A stretch of 57,521 nucleotides of DNA, filler included, from Candidatus Hydrogenedentota bacterium (lineage in GTDB: Bacteria > JBFMHD01), in assembly GCA_040752395.1 (NCBI GenBank). It is 3 parts of 3 records of this genome, joined end to end, with 100 filler letters (N's around TTAATTAATTAA, not from the genome) between each part and the next. Parts side by side here need not be neighbours in the genome. Positions count along the whole stretch, not along the records: positions 1 to 31,001 come from JBFMHD010000006.1; 2 more parts are not named here. One strand, given 5' to 3'. The translations under genes were made by a program, and so were the position numbers. Positions 1 through 9,638 of the stretch are shown piece by piece (within the stretch, counting starts at the first letter, position 1; each line of letters begins with the position of its first letter). The notes under the pieces are model-generated. The model did not search any database, was not told where the DNA came from, and was given only the letters and a program-made list of their open reading frames with translations.

Positions 1-28
1 GGAAACTTCAATGTTTACTACACATCAA

Positions 29-57
29 AGTATACAACCACCAAAGAATTTTGACAA
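29..57 (-). promoter_or_regulatory. sigma70-like promoter pointing out of the left end of the window
   Basis: Minus strand reads TTGTCA-N17-TATACT. Confidence 0.45.
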
Positions 58-281
58 GTATTCAAATCACTAATTAATTTTTGATAGTTTATATCACTTC
101 CCTGTGAACCATTATTTAATACCTTGAAAATGGCTGATTAAATGAAATCCATTGACTTATTTTCTGCTAAAGTATAGTGGTATAATCAGATTTGAGGTAT
201 TCCATTTGAGATTTGGGGTCGCGTTAATTTCAGTTTTATTGTGGTGTGGCATAATGTTTGTTTTCTGTTTCGGGTTCTAAT

Positions 282-2021
282 TTAGTATACTGGAATATAG
301 TACTGGTCGCAGGTTTTACAGATATCCGGATTATCAAAAATATTATTTCTATGATTTTTTATCCATATCTGGTATTTATCATTCAGGACGAAATCTTTTA
401 CAAGGTCAAACGTTGCATTAGCAAAACAATATTCTCCCTCCATATCCTGTTCGCATAGAGTGATTTTACCGTTTGTAAGAAGTACACAACCATTAATGAG
501 TCTTCTACAGGGGAAACGTTTTAGAGGGGTAAAATCAGCAACGGTTTTATCCACAAGTTTACCACAGAAAGGATTATAGACATAAACCACTGCGTGCTCG
601 AGCGGTAATTTTAATTCTCTGTAAAAGGTTTCAAATATTTTTTCTGTCTCAGGTCGAGAATATTCTTTTCCGGGCAAAAAATAATTTTTTAATTTGTCCC
701 ATTCATTTAGAAATGATTGAACAGAACCTTCTGTATCCCTGGATAAAATCATCGTAATACCTGTTTCAGGTTTCGGCTTGAAAAAAGTATTTTCTTTTTC
801 CATTTTACAATATTTTTTATAAAGAAAATTTAAAAAGTTAGATTTTGCAATCTCAAGAGATGGCAAACCAGTAAGTAATGTATAATTTTCCTGTGCCCCT
901 GTGAAAGTATTGAACAGAAGATTATCAATGCTGGTTTCTAATATTATCCCGGCAATATCATCAGTTAACCCAAGACCGTGAGTGTATATGGTTATTTCCA
1001 CTGGAAATGATTTAAAAATTGGCTGATTTTGTCGTTCTTTTCTAAAATCGTTTAATAATCTCAATATGGTCTTTATTTCTGGATGCAGCAACGGGTCTTT
1101 ACTACCAATCAGGTCAAAGTGAAGAATACCAGGAAACCTATTTAATGAATTCAGTAGAGATTTTATATCATCAATGGATATCCATTCCTTACGAGCATTA
1201 TTAACTTTAGGATAAAATATATTATTACCGTTACCGTCAAATCCAATTTCTATTGCAAATCTATCAGGAAAAGAAACCATACGTTCATAAGTTTGCAGAG
1301 AGATTGAATGTGGGTCCTGGCTCGTAGCGGACATAACATTGTCGAGATGTTCAAAAAGGACTGGATCGATTAGATAAAAGAGATAGCATCGTTTTGCGAA
1401 GTCATAAGTGATTCCGAGTAAGTCAAATTGGTATGAAATCTCAATATTGGTATGGTATTTATTTTTTAAATCATAGATGAAATAGTGGGTAGGATAATAA
1501 TATTTTGGAGTATTAACCAGTTCAATGTTCAGAAGCTCACGTAAAATATTTGTTGATATAATAAATGGAGCAAATTTCTGCTCAATGTTATTTAAGTTAA
1601 AGACAGCAAACTCGTAACCGTTTTTAATGACCTCATTCATAAGATACCTGGTTACATCAGCATCGAAAATTAAGTTGAAGGCTGAATAGAAATGCAGGTA
1701 TTCAATTTCAGGATAATCATTTATTATCTTTTGCAATGCTTCTCTGACAGTAAAAAAAACTTTCTCATTGAGTGATAAGCCATCTGCGAATGCTGGGGAG
1801 ACAATTATTTGAGGCGTATCTTTATAAGCGGAGACAGTATCTTTTACTTTTCTAATAGCATCTTCTCCAACCACGGTCAAATATACCTTTTTTCCGGCAA
1901 GAGCTGAGGTAAATAGATTATCTAAAAAAATCTTTAAAAAATTAGTATTACCCAATTTATGCAAGGTAAAATAATAACCATAATAATTTGAAACATCTAT
2001 AAGTGTTACATATTTCATCAA
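282..2021 (-). CDS. spiro-SPASM-like protein (degenerate radical SAM core lacking CxxxCxxC, C-terminal SPASM/Twitch)
   Basis: Expected CxxxCxxC position reads RFAIEIGFDGNGNNIFYP; GSKDPLLHP and THGLGL are rSAM-like; C-terminus VADFTPLKRFPC..CEQD..CKTCDQYY; GGAG RBS upstream. Confidence 0.7.
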   Translation of the reverse strand: MMKYVTLIDVSNYYGYYFTLHKLGNTNFLKIFLDNLFTSALAGKKVYLTVVGEDAIRKVKDTVSAYKDTPQIIVSPAFADGLSLNEKVFFTVREALQKIINDYPEIEYLHFYSAFNLIFDADVTRYLMNEVIKNGYEFAVFNLNNIEQKFAPFIISTNILRELLNIELVNTPKYYYPTHYFIYDLKNKYHTNIEISYQFDLLGITYDFAKRCYLFYLIDPVLFEHLDNVMSATSQDPHSISLQTYERMVSFPDRFAIEIGFDGNGNNIFYPKVNNARKEWISIDDIKSLLNSLNRFPGILHFDLIGSKDPLLHPEIKTILRLLNDFRKERQNQPIFKSFPVEITIYTHGLGLTDDIAGIILETSIDNLLFNTFTGAQENYTLLTGLPSLEIAKSNFLNFLYKKYCKMEKENTFFKPKPETGITMILSRDTEGSVQSFLNEWDKLKNYFLPGKEYSRPETEKIFETFYRELKLPLEHAVVYVYNPFCGKLVDKTVADFTPLKRFPCRRLINGCVLLTNGKITLCEQDMEGEYCFANATFDLVKDFVLNDKYQIWIKNHRNNIFDNPDICKTCDQYYIPVY

Positions 2022-2100
2022 CCAATCTCCATCCTGATAAAAATATTATAGGATAGTATCATTAAGGTCAATTTTAAAATATAACTACCTGTTAATAGAT

Positions 2101-2598
2101 TTACTCATCCACAAATACTTTAAATTTATCACGAACATCTCCTGTTTTAGTTCCGGGGATTCCGGTAACAATCGAATAAGGTTCAACATCCTTTGTTACA
2201 ACAGCATTAGCACCGATAATCGAAAATTTTCCAATAGTAACACCAGGTAAGACCACTACGCCAACTCCAATCCAGACGTCATTTCCAACGATAATTTTTT
2301 TAAATTTTGAAGTCGGATAATCTGCCAATCTTGAATTATTGGCATGTGAGGATGCGATCAGGGCTGCGTTTTTAGCAATCGCAGTTCTATCACCTATAAT
2401 GATAGTATTGCTTATATATTCATCTTCAAAGACTACATTCATATTTATAAAAGCATTTTTACCAATACTAATTCCAGATAAACGATATAAAAGCATACGA
2501 ACCCACGGTATTGGGCAGTGAGCGGCAATAAGACGAATGACTGCTTTTAATCCGGAAATTATATAACTATTCTTTGGAATAATTGTGTTCATATACAA
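2101..2598 (-). CDS. hexapeptide-repeat (LbH) O-acetyltransferase
   Basis: IVGNDVWIGVGVVVLPGVTIGKFSIIGANAVVTKDVEPYSIVTGIPG. Confidence 0.9.
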   Translation of the reverse strand: MYMNTIIPKNSYIISGLKAVIRLIAAHCPIPWVRMLLYRLSGISIGKNAFINMNVVFEDEYISNTIIIGDRTAIAKNAALIASSHANNSRLADYPTSKFKKIIVGNDVWIGVGVVVLPGVTIGKFSIIGANAVVTKDVEPYSIVTGIPGTKTGDVRDKFKVFVDE

Positions 2599-2774
2599 CT
2601 ATTTATACTTAATTTAGTTATAATCAGTCAAATAAAAAATCATCCAGTACAAATCCTTCTCTCTAAAAAATCTACGTAAGACAGAAAGGTTTAAAAATTC
2701 AACATTCAAAGATTGAAAGAATGATAGGGAACAAGTTGTATAGAGACAAAAAATGTATATAGTTAACCACAGGA

Positions 2775-2803
2775 TTGACAACAAAAAATAATATAATTAT
2801 AAT
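2775..2803 (+). promoter_or_regulatory. perfect-consensus sigma70 promoter at the head of the glycan-modification cluster
   Basis: TTGACA (2775-2780) N17 TATAAT (2798-2803); ATG at 2810. Confidence 0.8.
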
Positions 2804-2809
2804 AAAAAA

Positions 2810-4192
2810 ATGTGGTACATAAACGACCAAATGAGATTGAAATTTTTTCTGAATAATTATTTTTTGAATTATCTGTTGAATAACAATTATTCTGTACAGT
2901 ACTCGGCAGATAACAGAAGTTATGAGGTATCCTTTTGCTCTGATGGTGGGAAGAAGATAGTAGTTAAAATAATGAGAACAGGTTTCTCCAAGACACTACC
3001 TGAATTACAATCACCAATAAAAATATTTAATAAATATTTAAAAATGTATTCTCTACATCAACCAGCCGGGAATAAAATGTTTGAATACATAACCAAACAA
3101 AATATTTTTATTATAAAATTTAATATAAACATAATAGATGATACTTTTTGCTATTTTACCAGAATAAACAGAGACGGGAATAAATTTACACGTATATTGA
3201 AGACTGATTATCCGATAGTTGATGCAATATATTATTTATTTACCGAGACGGTTAACAAAGCAGCAGAAGAAAATAATATGCATCCTGTATTATCCCGGAA
3301 AAAGAATTGTCTACAAATATATCTCACTCATGATGTTGATATAATGAATAAAAATTTCGGGTCATTGTTAAGGCTTGCAGGAATAAATTTTTATAAATTT
3401 ATGACTATGGGATTTAAGGTAAAATATTTACTGGAAATATTTGAGTATATGATTCAAAAACTCAATTATGATGATTTTAGCGTACTTTATCAGATTGAAC
3501 AGGATTATAGCTCAACATTTTTTCTTCATCCTGGCTATAAAAATCTGACATTTTACCAGAAATTCATTAATTTTTTAATAAATCCACGTTATCAATTAAC
3601 CGAAAAAACCGTGGAGGAATTAAAAAAAAGAAAGAAAAATATAGGTTTACATTCTGGTTACCATTCAGCAAAAATCAAAAGTTTACTGGAGCAGGAGTGT
3701 ACGAGAATTAGCAGTATTGCTGGTCAGAGGGTAGATGTAACTCGGTTTCATTTTCTTGCATTTGACACCAGAATCACTCCTGGAATATTAGAAAAGAATG
3801 GCATAACAATTGATATGAGTTTGTATTACAATAGACATACAGGCTGGTATTATCATCAGACCACGCTGCCATATTTTCTTTTTGACACATCTGATTTTAT
3901 TCAGATACAGGTAGTAGAGATACCAACAGTTTTGATGGACGCAACTTTATATAATTATTATGATCTGGGATACGAAGAGGCGAGGAATAGAAGTATTGAG
4001 CTATTGGAGAATCTGAAGAATTTTTCATCGTTATGTTCAATCAATTTTCATACAGAGTCATTTGTTATGAGAAAAGAATATATTGTAGGGATATATAAAA
4101 ACATTATCGCTTGGATAAAGGGAAATGACGTCAGTGTTGGAGAGATAGAATATTTTTATGAAGAAATTAGACCAGAATTAAAATTTATATGA
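2810..4192 (+). CDS. polysaccharide deacetylase-like protein (CE4/NodB-like fold)
   Basis: LTHDVD, IGLHSGY, RFHFL, EIPTVLMD and NFH motifs. Confidence 0.75.
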   Translation: MWYINDQMRLKFFLNNYFLNYLLNNNYSVQYSADNRSYEVSFCSDGGKKIVVKIMRTGFSKTLPELQSPIKIFNKYLKMYSLHQPAGNKMFEYITKQNIFIIKFNINIIDDTFCYFTRINRDGNKFTRILKTDYPIVDAIYYLFTETVNKAAEENNMHPVLSRKKNCLQIYLTHDVDIMNKNFGSLLRLAGINFYKFMTMGFKVKYLLEIFEYMIQKLNYDDFSVLYQIEQDYSSTFFLHPGYKNLTFYQKFINFLINPRYQLTEKTVEELKKRKKNIGLHSGYHSAKIKSLLEQECTRISSIAGQRVDVTRFHFLAFDTRITPGILEKNGITIDMSLYYNRHTGWYYHQTTLPYFLFDTSDFIQIQVVEIPTVLMDATLYNYYDLGYEEARNRSIELLENLKNFSSLCSINFHTESFVMRKEYIVGIYKNIIAWIKGNDVSVGEIEYFYEEIRPELKFI

Positions 4193-5256
4193 GAATAGAA
4201 TTGTTTGATATCAATAAATATGAAAAAAAATGGGATGAGTTTTTATTGAATAATTCAGATTCCACTGTATTTCATACATCGATATGGCTTAAATTGATGT
4301 CTGAATTTTATAATTTTAAATTGTATCCATTATCTGCTATTGACCAGGGTAATATAATCGGGATATTACCATTTTTTCAGGTAAAAGCCCTGCAATTGAA
4401 TCATCTTGTCTCATTACCTTTACGGGATAAAGGTGGTTGTGTTGTAAGCAGAGATGATAACAATACAAGAGCTCGTTTAATAGAGTCAATGATACAGTTT
4501 GGTCGAACTCTGGATTGTAATTATATTCAAGTAAAAACAAGCGACTCAGAGGAGAAAAATGTGCTGGAACAGATGGGATTCTCTGTTCGTGAGGAATGGA
4601 TTCTATCCAGCATTAAACTTGAACCGGATTTTAATATTACAAGAAATAATTTTATAGATAAGCGGCTTAATTGGTCAATAAATAAGGCGATAACCAGTAA
4701 TTTGCAATTTGAGGACGCGGTCTCTGATATTGCAGTTTCAGAATTTTACAGGATATTTCTTAATAAAAGGAAATCACTGGGGGTTCCTCCCTATGCAAAA
4801 AAGTATTTTGATTTATTATATTCATTATTTGCGCCGAGTGGTATGGCTAAAATATTTATTGTAAGAAAGGGTTCTGAGTCATTATCATCTACATTTTTGC
4901 TTTTTCACAATAGGAAGGTTTATGATATTTTTTCCGCTTCATTAGAAAAAGGGTACGAATATCGTGCAAATGATTTTCTTATATGGCATATGATAAAGTG
5001 GCTTTGTGAACACGGATATGATGAGATTGACCTCGGTGCTGATTCACCATATCAGGAGACATTAATTAAGTATAAGAGGAAATGGGGAGTAAATGAGAAG
5101 AATCAATATTTTCTTTACTATTTTATAAAAAATAAAAAAATATTCATTAGAGACAGCGACCATCCCGGGTACCGGTGGATAAGAAAAATCTGGAGATGGA
5201 TGCCTGATTTTATGTTTGAAAACTTAGGCTCTATGCTGATTAAATATCTTGCTTAA
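4189..5256 (+). CDS. FemAB-like/GNAT family acyltransferase
   Basis: WDEFL..STVFHT..W; GILP; NDFLIWHMIKW..G...DLG; YKRKWG; ATGA overlap with upstream gene. Confidence 0.85.
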   Translation: MRIELFDINKYEKKWDEFLLNNSDSTVFHTSIWLKLMSEFYNFKLYPLSAIDQGNIIGILPFFQVKALQLNHLVSLPLRDKGGCVVSRDDNNTRARLIESMIQFGRTLDCNYIQVKTSDSEEKNVLEQMGFSVREEWILSSIKLEPDFNITRNNFIDKRLNWSINKAITSNLQFEDAVSDIAVSEFYRIFLNKRKSLGVPPYAKKYFDLLYSLFAPSGMAKIFIVRKGSESLSSTFLLFHNRKVYDIFSASLEKGYEYRANDFLIWHMIKWLCEHGYDEIDLGADSPYQETLIKYKRKWGVNEKNQYFLYYFIKNKKIFIRDSDHPGYRWIRKIWRWMPDFMFENLGSMLIKYLA

Positions 5257-5276
5257 GAAATTATGAAGGTTCAGGG

Positions 5277-6926
5277 ATGCAGAGCAATATTTATCTGGCT
5301 AAAAGTCTTTACGAGATAAACCGTATAATAAGTTTGATTGATAGAAGTATAGCTTCAACTACATACGGTTGTTTTGACCGACGATACTGGTCATGGCGGA
5401 TTGGTGATATCCCCAATGCAAGCTTGCAATATGGAATATTACCATTGACGTTGGTCCGGGCCACGAAATTTGAGGGAAATAATTACTATCAAAATAAAGT
5501 TATTAAAGAATGGATACTGGCTGGATTGAAGTACTGGATTAAAATACAAAATAGAAATGGTTCATTGAACCAGTTTTTTCCAAATGAACAGTCCGTTGGT
5601 ACAACTTATTATATACTATCAGCTGTTTTACAGGTATATGATTTGCTGGAAAACGAGATCGATGACGAGATTAAAGAAAAAATTGAAATCGCAGTTAAAA
5701 AGTCGGCTGAGTTTGTACTAAAATATGATGAAACGTATGCGATAATATCAAACCATATTGCATTGTTTGCTTTTGTTCTTTACAGGTTAGCTTTGAGGTA
5801 TAACGATACCCGTTATCGGGTTAAAGCTGATAGGTATTTAAACATCATTCTCAAACATCAATCTGCTGAAGGATGGTATCTGGAGTATAATGGTGCAGAC
5901 CCGGGTTATCAAACCCAGTGCATTTATTATCTTGCTGAATGCTATCGTTTAACGAAGAATGAAGAAATAGTTGATTCTGTAAAAAAGAGCATCGAAAAAT
6001 TTCTCGTATATTTTTTTCATCCTGATGGTTCATTCGGAGGAGAATACGGTAGCAGAAACACCGAACTCATTTATCCAGCTGGATTCGAGATTTTGAAAGA
6101 TAAACTGGAATCTTGTTCAATCATATCCTCGTTTATTAATCAATACCTGCGGAAGGGAACTTTGATTAGTTTGGATTCAATGGATGATGAAAATCTGCTT
6201 CGTTTGACAGCAAATTATATTATTACTTACAATTACAGTAAAAGTACGGATAACAGCTATGAACCAGAACTTAATTTACCGGCGTACAACGATTCTCTGC
6301 AGGTCTATTTTCCTGAAGCTGGTATTTTAGTGAAGGCAACTGATTGTTATTATATGATTATTGGAGCAAGTAAAGGAGGGGTTTGCAAAATATTCGATAA
6401 AAGAAACCAGAAGATTATTTTTGATGACCCCGGATACGCATTTGAGTGCACGGATAGTATAATGATTACAAATCAATTTATGCAGAAACCACGACTCAGG
6501 ATAGAAAATCAAAGTGTTACTCTTGAGGCAGATTTTTATACAGTACTGAATTCTATGCTGATGCCGTTTACTAACGTTATTTTGAGATTGTTATCTCTAA
6601 CATTTTTTAGAAGTATATTTTTTGTAGATATGTTTAAAAAATATCTTGTTAAAAAAGCTTTCACTGGTAGCCGAAAAGTCTATTTAAGTTTAAAACGAGA
6701 AATATACTTCAGGAACAAAGAGATTATTATTGAAGATACTTTAAACAAGGACAATACCTGCATAATAACAAAACAGATCAGTGGGAGAAAGTTATTTTCA
6801 GTTAAGATGGCTTCATCCAGTTATGTGTCAGTTAATGACATGGTTGACTGCTGCGGATTAACGATTAATATCGAGGTACTGAACAGAGATAATGCTATCC
6901 GGGTAAACAGGACTATCAGGATTTGA
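5277..6926 (+). CDS. hypothetical alpha/alpha-barrel protein (heparinase II/III- or prenyltransferase-repeat-like)
   Basis: Q-NGS and QSAEGWY repeats, EYNGADPGYQT, GGEYGSRNT, YFPEAG; 549 aa. Confidence 0.5.
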   Translation: MQSNIYLAKSLYEINRIISLIDRSIASTTYGCFDRRYWSWRIGDIPNASLQYGILPLTLVRATKFEGNNYYQNKVIKEWILAGLKYWIKIQNRNGSLNQFFPNEQSVGTTYYILSAVLQVYDLLENEIDDEIKEKIEIAVKKSAEFVLKYDETYAIISNHIALFAFVLYRLALRYNDTRYRVKADRYLNIILKHQSAEGWYLEYNGADPGYQTQCIYYLAECYRLTKNEEIVDSVKKSIEKFLVYFFHPDGSFGGEYGSRNTELIYPAGFEILKDKLESCSIISSFINQYLRKGTLISLDSMDDENLLRLTANYIITYNYSKSTDNSYEPELNLPAYNDSLQVYFPEAGILVKATDCYYMIIGASKGGVCKIFDKRNQKIIFDDPGYAFECTDSIMITNQFMQKPRLRIENQSVTLEADFYTVLNSMLMPFTNVILRLLSLTFFRSIFFVDMFKKYLVKKAFTGSRKVYLSLKREIYFRNKEIIIEDTLNKDNTCIITKQISGRKLFSVKMASSSYVSVNDMVDCCGLTINIEVLNRDNAIRVNRTIRI

Positions 6927-8122
6927 TTTTGCATTTATTTATGCCTATGAAACGATATTATTTACTGGCAAAAAGATTTTACAAACGGCTGTTTAAGATT
7001 CAGGCGCATCAGAGTGCGGGCCCGAATGCAACGCCATTGAGGCTTATATGGAACGCCTTGCCATATTTATTTTTAAAAAACGGATACAGTTTTTCACCAC
7101 TCTCTCTTTTTTTTATCATAAACAGCAGATGTAATTTTAAATGCAAAATGTGCGATGTTGGACAGAATAATTCAAAAAGCATGTTTTACAAAAACCTGGT
7201 TGGAAGTGATAAAGGAGATTACCCGGTTGAGGCTTTTAAAAGACTGATTGATGAGGTTAAAGGATTTAAACCATATATCAGTATCACTTCGACCGAACCT
7301 CTGCTCTACAAACCACTGCCAGAAATAATTAATTATGTAATTCAGTCAGGACTAATAATAAATGTTCTTACGAACGGTTATATTCTTGAAAAGAGAGCAG
7401 AAGAATTAGTGGATGCAGGGCTGTATAGTTTGAATGTTTCAATTGACGGACCACCTACTGTGCATAATCAATTACGCGGTGTATCTGATGCTTTTGAACG
7501 AGCAATAGCCGGCATTATGAAAATCGTTGAAAGAAAAGAGAAAAGAAAGAGTAAATTACCTTACCTTGGTATTAATGCTACCATAACAGACAGTACCGCC
7601 CCATATATGGTAGATTTAATAAAATCTTTACCTATGAAGCATCTGGCCAAGGTATCATTTATGACAATGGTATTTCTATATCAGGAATTAGCCGACCTGC
7701 ATAACAGAGAGTTTGGAGACAGGTATTTTGCTACAGAAGTCTGTCTTTCAGGAGGAGCTAATCCTAAAAAAGTGGATGTTGACAAACTTGTAGAACAATC
7801 AAATTTAGTAAAGAAAATGTATCCTGATAAAGTGTTTTTATACTACCAACCGGATAAAGAAGAGTTAACGAGATATTTTTATAAACCCGATGAGTTTATG
7901 GATAATACCAGATGCGTATTCCCGTGGTTTTCTGCACAGATATTATCTAACGGCGATCTGGTGGGATTAACCAGATGTTATCCAACGGTATTTGGCAATG
8001 TGGTGGAAAAATCCTTCAAAGAGGTATGGCTTGGGGAGAAGATCAGGGAATTCAGGAAGGATTTGCAGAAATATGGTAGGTTTCCTGCCTGTACAAGATG
8101 TGAGGGTGTGCTGTACGAGTAG
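6923..8122 (+). CDS. radical SAM protein with SPASM/Twitch domain
   Basis: CNFKCKMC; LTNG; SIDG; C-terminal CVFPW..RC..CTRC. The usual GGEP reads STEP. Confidence 0.9.
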   Translation: MILHLFMPMKRYYLLAKRFYKRLFKIQAHQSAGPNATPLRLIWNALPYLFLKNGYSFSPLSLFFIINSRCNFKCKMCDVGQNNSKSMFYKNLVGSDKGDYPVEAFKRLIDEVKGFKPYISITSTEPLLYKPLPEIINYVIQSGLIINVLTNGYILEKRAEELVDAGLYSLNVSIDGPPTVHNQLRGVSDAFERAIAGIMKIVERKEKRKSKLPYLGINATITDSTAPYMVDLIKSLPMKHLAKVSFMTMVFLYQELADLHNREFGDRYFATEVCLSGGANPKKVDVDKLVEQSNLVKKMYPDKVFLYYQPDKEELTRYFYKPDEFMDNTRCVFPWFSAQILSNGDLVGLTRCYPTVFGNVVEKSFKEVWLGEKIREFRKDLQKYGRFPACTRCEGVLYE

Positions 8123-8162
8123 ATAATGAAAAAAATTTGTTATCAACCAGTAACTATTATTT

Positions 8163-9638
8163 TTGATGATGGAATACTCTAATTTGATACCTAAAGAAGT
8201 AGCCAAACAGACAAGGATGTTATTTATCGCCCCTGGCAATCTGGCTGGAGATTTCTCAAATGTTCCCCTTGGTATAGCTACTCTTGCATCCATCCTCCTG
8301 CTAAACAATGTGTATGTAATAGTGAAAGATTATAGTGTTGAGCAACTTGATCTGGGTGAACTCAAAAGGATAATAAAAGATAACAATATTAACATTGTGG
8401 GAATAACTATGATGACCTGTCAGGCAACTGTGGGTTACCGTATCGCAGAATTTATCAAAAGTAATTTTACTGATGTCACTGTAGTTTCAGGTGGTATTCA
8501 TCCCACAGTTTTACCTGAGGAATCTTTAAAAAATTCAATTGATATTGTATATCGTGGAGAAGCAGAAATAAGTTTCCCTAAATCTATACCATATATTATT
8601 AACACAGATTACCGGGGATTGAAAGAGATAAGGGGGTTGACATTTAAATATAATGATGAGTTATATACAACACCTGAAGCGGAGAGAATTACGAAGTTAG
8701 ATAATATACCACTACCAGCATATCAATTGTTTAAGTTTCCTCATAAATATACAACCCAGTTTTTGTTTAAACGTGGATATTCAACCAATCTTATAACAAG
8801 TCGTGGTTGTACAGGACATTGTGTTTTTTGTAGTAAATATTATCAGGGTGTATATTATCAAAGTCCTGAAAGGATAGTTAACGATATTATATTTTTAAAA
8901 GATAAATATGGGGTAACTCAATTTTTTCTTCAGGATGACCTATTCACATATGATATAGATCGTGTTATAAAGTTCTGTGATATCTTAATCAAAGAAAAGA
9001 TTGACATCCACTGGGTATGTTCGAATACGAGGGCAGATACGGTCACAGAAGAGTTGTTTAAAAAAATGAAGAAGAGCGGGTGTATAAGTGTTGGTTTTGG
9101 GGTAGAGTCAGGTAATGAAGAGGTAAGAAGAAAGATAGGAAAAAATTTAAAGACAGAAGATATTGTCAGAGCAGTGAAACTTGCGAAAAGTACAGGTTTG
9201 CTAACAAGTGCTTTTTATATTTTTGGACATCATTGTGAAACGTATCAGCAAGCTTTTGAAACAATAGATTTTTCTATAAAACTTAATACAGATACTGTGA
9301 CATATTCCGTAAACTGTCCATATCCGGGTACCACTTTGTTTAAAATGGATGGTAAAAAAATAAAAATACTTACCTATGACTGGGATAGGTATAGAACGTG
9401 GGGGAAACCTGTTATGGAAACAGAGTTTCTGGCAAAAGACCTAATTGTTAAATTACAGAAACTTGCGTATAGAAGGTATTACTTCAGGATGAATTACATA
9501 TATAATCAGATAAAAAATATGATAAAATATAAAAATATATATATGTATCAGCGAGGATTTAAATGGTTGATAGAACAGTATTTTGATTATAGAAGATTAT
9601 CTAAATATAAACCTGAACATTTAAGAATATACCAATGA
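8163..9638 (+). CDS. B12-binding radical SAM protein
   Basis: PLGIATLA, GGIHPT, RGEAE, SRGCTGHCVFC, GVESG, PYPGT. Confidence 0.92.
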   Translation: MMMEYSNLIPKEVAKQTRMLFIAPGNLAGDFSNVPLGIATLASILLLNNVYVIVKDYSVEQLDLGELKRIIKDNNINIVGITMMTCQATVGYRIAEFIKSNFTDVTVVSGGIHPTVLPEESLKNSIDIVYRGEAEISFPKSIPYIINTDYRGLKEIRGLTFKYNDELYTTPEAERITKLDNIPLPAYQLFKFPHKYTTQFLFKRGYSTNLITSRGCTGHCVFCSKYYQGVYYQSPERIVNDIIFLKDKYGVTQFFLQDDLFTYDIDRVIKFCDILIKEKIDIHWVCSNTRADTVTEELFKKMKKSGCISVGFGVESGNEEVRRKIGKNLKTEDIVRAVKLAKSTGLLTSAFYIFGHHCETYQQAFETIDFSIKLNTDTVTYSVNCPYPGTTLFKMDGKKIKILTYDWDRYRTWGKPVMETEFLAKDLIVKLQKLAYRRYYFRMNYIYNQIKNMIKYKNIYMYQRGFKWLIEQYFDYRRLSKYKPEHLRIYQ

